Shown: positions 60,585 to 64,000 of the stretch, piece after piece
Numbering within the stretch: position 1 is the first letter of the stretch
How the letters are laid out: each line of letters begins with the position of its first letter
DNA from: Felis catus
Taxonomy: Eukaryota
Length of the DNA: 64,000 bases
NCBI RefSeq assembly: GCF_018350175.1
Contig: NC_058368.1
Span: 142,540,001-142,604,000 of the forward strand
Direction of reading: 5' to 3'
Position numbers and translations under genes: made by a program
The notes under the pieces: model-generated
The model's database searches: none
Seen by the model: only the letters and a program-made list of their open reading frames with translations
Told to the model about the DNA's origin: nothing

Positions 60585-63117
60585 CTAATTTATAACATTC
60601 TAAACCAAAACATAGTACAGTATTTGAATCTAAACACAGTCATTATTTGTCCCATTTCAAGGAGAGACCCTCACAAGGCAATATTCCTCATAGCCTCTGG
60701 ACCATTTTGTTTCATCCCAATCCCCCCAGAGAGAAATCATTACAAATGGAACTTTAAGAAATACCAGTGTATCTGAATTGTTACTCTTCATCTCAGAGCC
60801 TTAAACACAGAGGGAGAATGAGGTCCTATTGACCTTATATAAAAGAGAGTAGTCCATGTTGCTGGTAGAAACCACCTCCAGAATTCAGCAAGATGGGAAC
60901 TGATTGTAACCAAAGATGAAAGACTGGTTGATGCTGGCTGGTCATAGAACAAGATAGAACATTAGATTCTATTTTCCATGCATCAGAAGCTTCAGTGCTC
61001 TTTAAGAACTAACCTGTCAACCTCGCATCCCTTCCTCACATCAGCACTGTGCTGGGGGTAACCTCTGTGCGTTCGCTGGGACGATGGTTACCAGCCTCCG
61101 TCACCTCCGTGTGGAAATGCGGCTTTCCTATGAAATGTATGCAAAACATTCATAAACTTCCTTTCCAGGCTGAATAATTCAAGCTCCTTTCAAATGTGTT
61201 TTATTTTCTAAGCCTCTGTTTAGTGTTTTATCCCCCTACTTTCATACCTCTGTAGCTGCGGTTAATTCTTGGCTAAACTGTTGCACTGGCCTCCTCACCG
61301 GCTTCCCTGCCTTCTGCTCATCCCAGGCCCTCTGCCAGCCTGAAGGCTCCCCAAGTCCTGAGCTGTAAGAACAGGACTTCCTACAATTGCTCCTCTGTCC
61401 TTAAAGTGCAAGACAAAGGGAAGGGAAGCCAGGCAGGGCTGGAGGTTGCTAGGGAACGTAGTAGTCAGCAGGGTCTTTTTAAGAGCAATCTGGGCTCCTG
61501 ATCCCAATTCTACTGGCTGTATGACTTCCCGCAAGGTAATTTTTAAATTGGAAAAACCTTTACCTAAGGATTAGGTATTATTGCGTGGAGTTTGGTAGCC
61601 ACTGCAAAAGTCAAATGTGTCTGCTGTATAGAATGTCCTCAATAAAGGTTAATTCCTTGCCTTGCCTCTACAATTGGCAAAATATGGCATACTTCATGGG
61701 CTAAATTACAGTATCCAAACAGGCTGTGTGAATTTGGGCCAGACGATGCCACGTGGGCAGCCAGGGGATGTGAAGTGGCTGGTAGGGCAGAGCAGGCATT
61801 TCTAAGCATTTGTGACACTGAGTCTCCCTCCCAGGCTTTGTGACCAGACGCCAGAGATTATAGTCCTGGAAATGAAGGCTCAAGGAACTTCTTAGCTCAA
61901 GAAACGTCTGTGTTGTCTCTTTTTCCCCTCTTCTCAATGTTTATTTCTTCCTAATATTTCATCTCTGTATGTCGCGTCTCCACCAACTTGTTTATTGACT
62001 TTCTTGGCCTCTTCCTTTGCTGGATCCTCTGTGACTTTTCTACTGTATTGCAGAGGATGTGTATGTTGGTTTCATTTTGTGTTTATACATTAACTCATTT
62101 AGAATGCTTCCCTTGCTTCGGGGTCTCCAGGCACACGAGCAAAACAAACTGTTAGAAGCCAAGTGCAGCTGAGATCCTTCTTGGAGGAAAGGGCAAATGG
62201 AGGGGACAGTAACAATTCAGGAAGTTACCAGTCACGGTGGAGTGGCACTCAGCACCCCCACTGGGCCTGGGCACGCACATGCCTGCCCTCAGGGAGTTTC
62301 CCTGTCTCCACACCAGTGTTGCCAAGTCACAGACCTGGCACTGATGACCTTGCATCACGTAGTGAAGAAGTTATTCACTCTTCAGTTATTCAGTGCTTTC
62401 CCTCCAGGCCAGAAATAGTTCCAAGCTCGGGTTTAAGAATAATTTGTATTCATCGTATGTATTTGTATGATTACCAATGACACTAGTTTTCTCTTTACCA
62501 TAGTCACAAAAAAGCATCACTTTACATTACTTATTTTAGTAAAGAGTGTACATTTAAGAAGAAGCACCATGTTACGACTCCCAGCAGTGGAAGGCCTTAT
62601 GTGAGTTACAGAGTCTTGGGCGGGGCCTCGAGGAGCTTTGGGGTTTCCTGGGGTGTCCTCCTGGCCTGGCTGAAGCCGCTTTTGGGGGGAAAGGAATAGG
62701 TGGACCTCAGTGACAGGACACGTGCAGGTCCCAGGGAGACAGGCCCATCTCCTTGTCCTGAAGTCCTGGATGTGGGAGCCACATCTTTCCACTCCCTGTA
62801 TGTATTAAGCCCAAACACTTTCATTTAAGCTTTAGCTTAAGAACCAAGAAAACCCAGCATACTCTTGTGAAGAGTAACATTTTTCAAATCAGCCAGCTAT
62901 TTCTCTAACAGATCCAGAGGATCCTCTAATCAAAGGCTTTCATTTTAAAAATAGCTTATTCAGAAAGAACTCACTGCTTTCATGGGTATATAGATACAAA
63001 GCAAAAATTACACAGCAGGTGCCTGCTTGCTGGTTTGATTGGTTGGTCAACATCCCACGTGTGTGGAGGCCCACACCTCTTGAGGCCTGTGGAGAAGATG
63101 GGGTGCAGAGAGAGATA

Positions 63118-63118
<1 letters not shown>

Positions 63119-63160
<42 letters not shown>
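63119..63160. repeat. (TG)n microsatellite, ~21 units
   Basis: Seen directly. Confidence 0.95.
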
Positions 63161-63163
<3 letters not shown>

Positions 63164-64000
63164 TCATGTTCCTTTGGAGTGAAAACCTGGGAAGATCTAT
63201 ACCTCATTAGTGGGATTAAAATGAAGAGTTCCAAAAGAGGTGATATTTCATTTATCTGCCATCTTGAATCTCCAGTGAAGGCTCAGCTGGGCACAGTGGG
63301 ATTTGCAAGCCCATCTGGGAGTTGGGCCACCTAATTACTCTCTTAAAGGGGTGTAAAAGGTTAATGGTGGCTATATGTTGGTGGCTGCTTTATGGGTTAA
63401 TTTTCTTTATGTGTTTTCTGTATTTTCCAAAAATGATTACAGTGATATATGCTTTTATTGTCAGAAAAATAATAAAGGTTATTAAATGAAATATCCTAAG
63501 CTCAATGATTTGTTACTTGGGCGAATTAGTTTGAGAATTAAATTGCCCTTCCAGTTTCCTGATAGTCACAAAGCCCTGAAGTCAGGCCCCAGGCAGAATA
63601 AATCACCTGCTCTGCTTCTGGCCATCCGGTGGGTGGCTCCCATGGCAACGGGGCAAAGGTCAAGGAGATGTTGTAGGCACCCCTACAGCCGTTCAAACCT
63701 ACCTGCTCTCAGCGATCAATAAAGAAGATGTCCAGGTGAGCATTCTGGTCTTTGGACAGCCTGAAAATGACTTAGTCTGCATATGTTGTGGCTATTCTCC
63801 ACTTGGACAAAAAATTAGATTTTAAAGTTTAAGTGGTGACTGGGAAGGACAGTAACTACTTCAATATGTTTAGCATTGGCTGGAATGTTCTTAAAAACTG
63901 TTTAGTTGGAAAGAACTTGGTACAACAGAATTGGGTGGTAAGCCTCTTGGGGCAGAGGACCCCCCTGCCGTTTCATTCCTATCATTTCCTCGTCTTTGCA

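Noticed and set aside
63038..63061. ER-stress element (ATTGG...CCACG)
   Set aside because: Orientation and 12-nt spacing fit neither ERSE (CCAAT-N9-CCACG) nor ERSE-II (ATTGG-N-CCACG).
12..63722. The many 60-160 aa ORFs in the supplied track as genes
   Set aside because: Recurring peptides (AQSVERPTSAQVMIS, SLEPASDSVSPSLS) are CanSINE translations; others are L1 or microsatellite frames or chance ORFs with no recognisable homology.

Overview
Mammalian non-coding DNA, almost certainly from a felid: it carries about 40 CanSINE/SINEC_Fc-type SINEs with the cat-type GGGGCGCCTGGGTGGCTCAGTCGGTT head, (CT)n linker and A-tail, plus cat/carnivore L1 3' ends. I found no intact protein-coding exon. The ORF track is mostly SINE, L1 and simple-repeat translations. 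The one recognisable cellular gene sequence is a decayed processed pseudogene of AP2S1 (~25.9-26.6 kb). The rest is layered repeats: young and old L1, HAL1, L2, MIR, MaLR/ERVL LTRs, a decayed ERVL gag region, an ERV1-like solo LTR and hAT/Tigger relics. Repeat family names come from recalled consensus sequences and need a RepeatMasker/Dfam check; most boundaries are approximate. Most notable observations: (1) five AP-1 heptamers in ~800 bp of unique sequence at 8.4-9.2 kb, four in NRF2/BACH1/NF-E2 ARE context; (2) three independent poly(A)-less, TSD-flanked retro-insertions (U2 snRNA 5' end, SINE head, internal L1 endonuclease fragment); (3) repeated reuse of the same insertion sites; (4) a SINE with a quadruplicated B-box unit; (5) small template-switch and tandem-duplication scars. 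I see no evidence for a new gene-encoded system.
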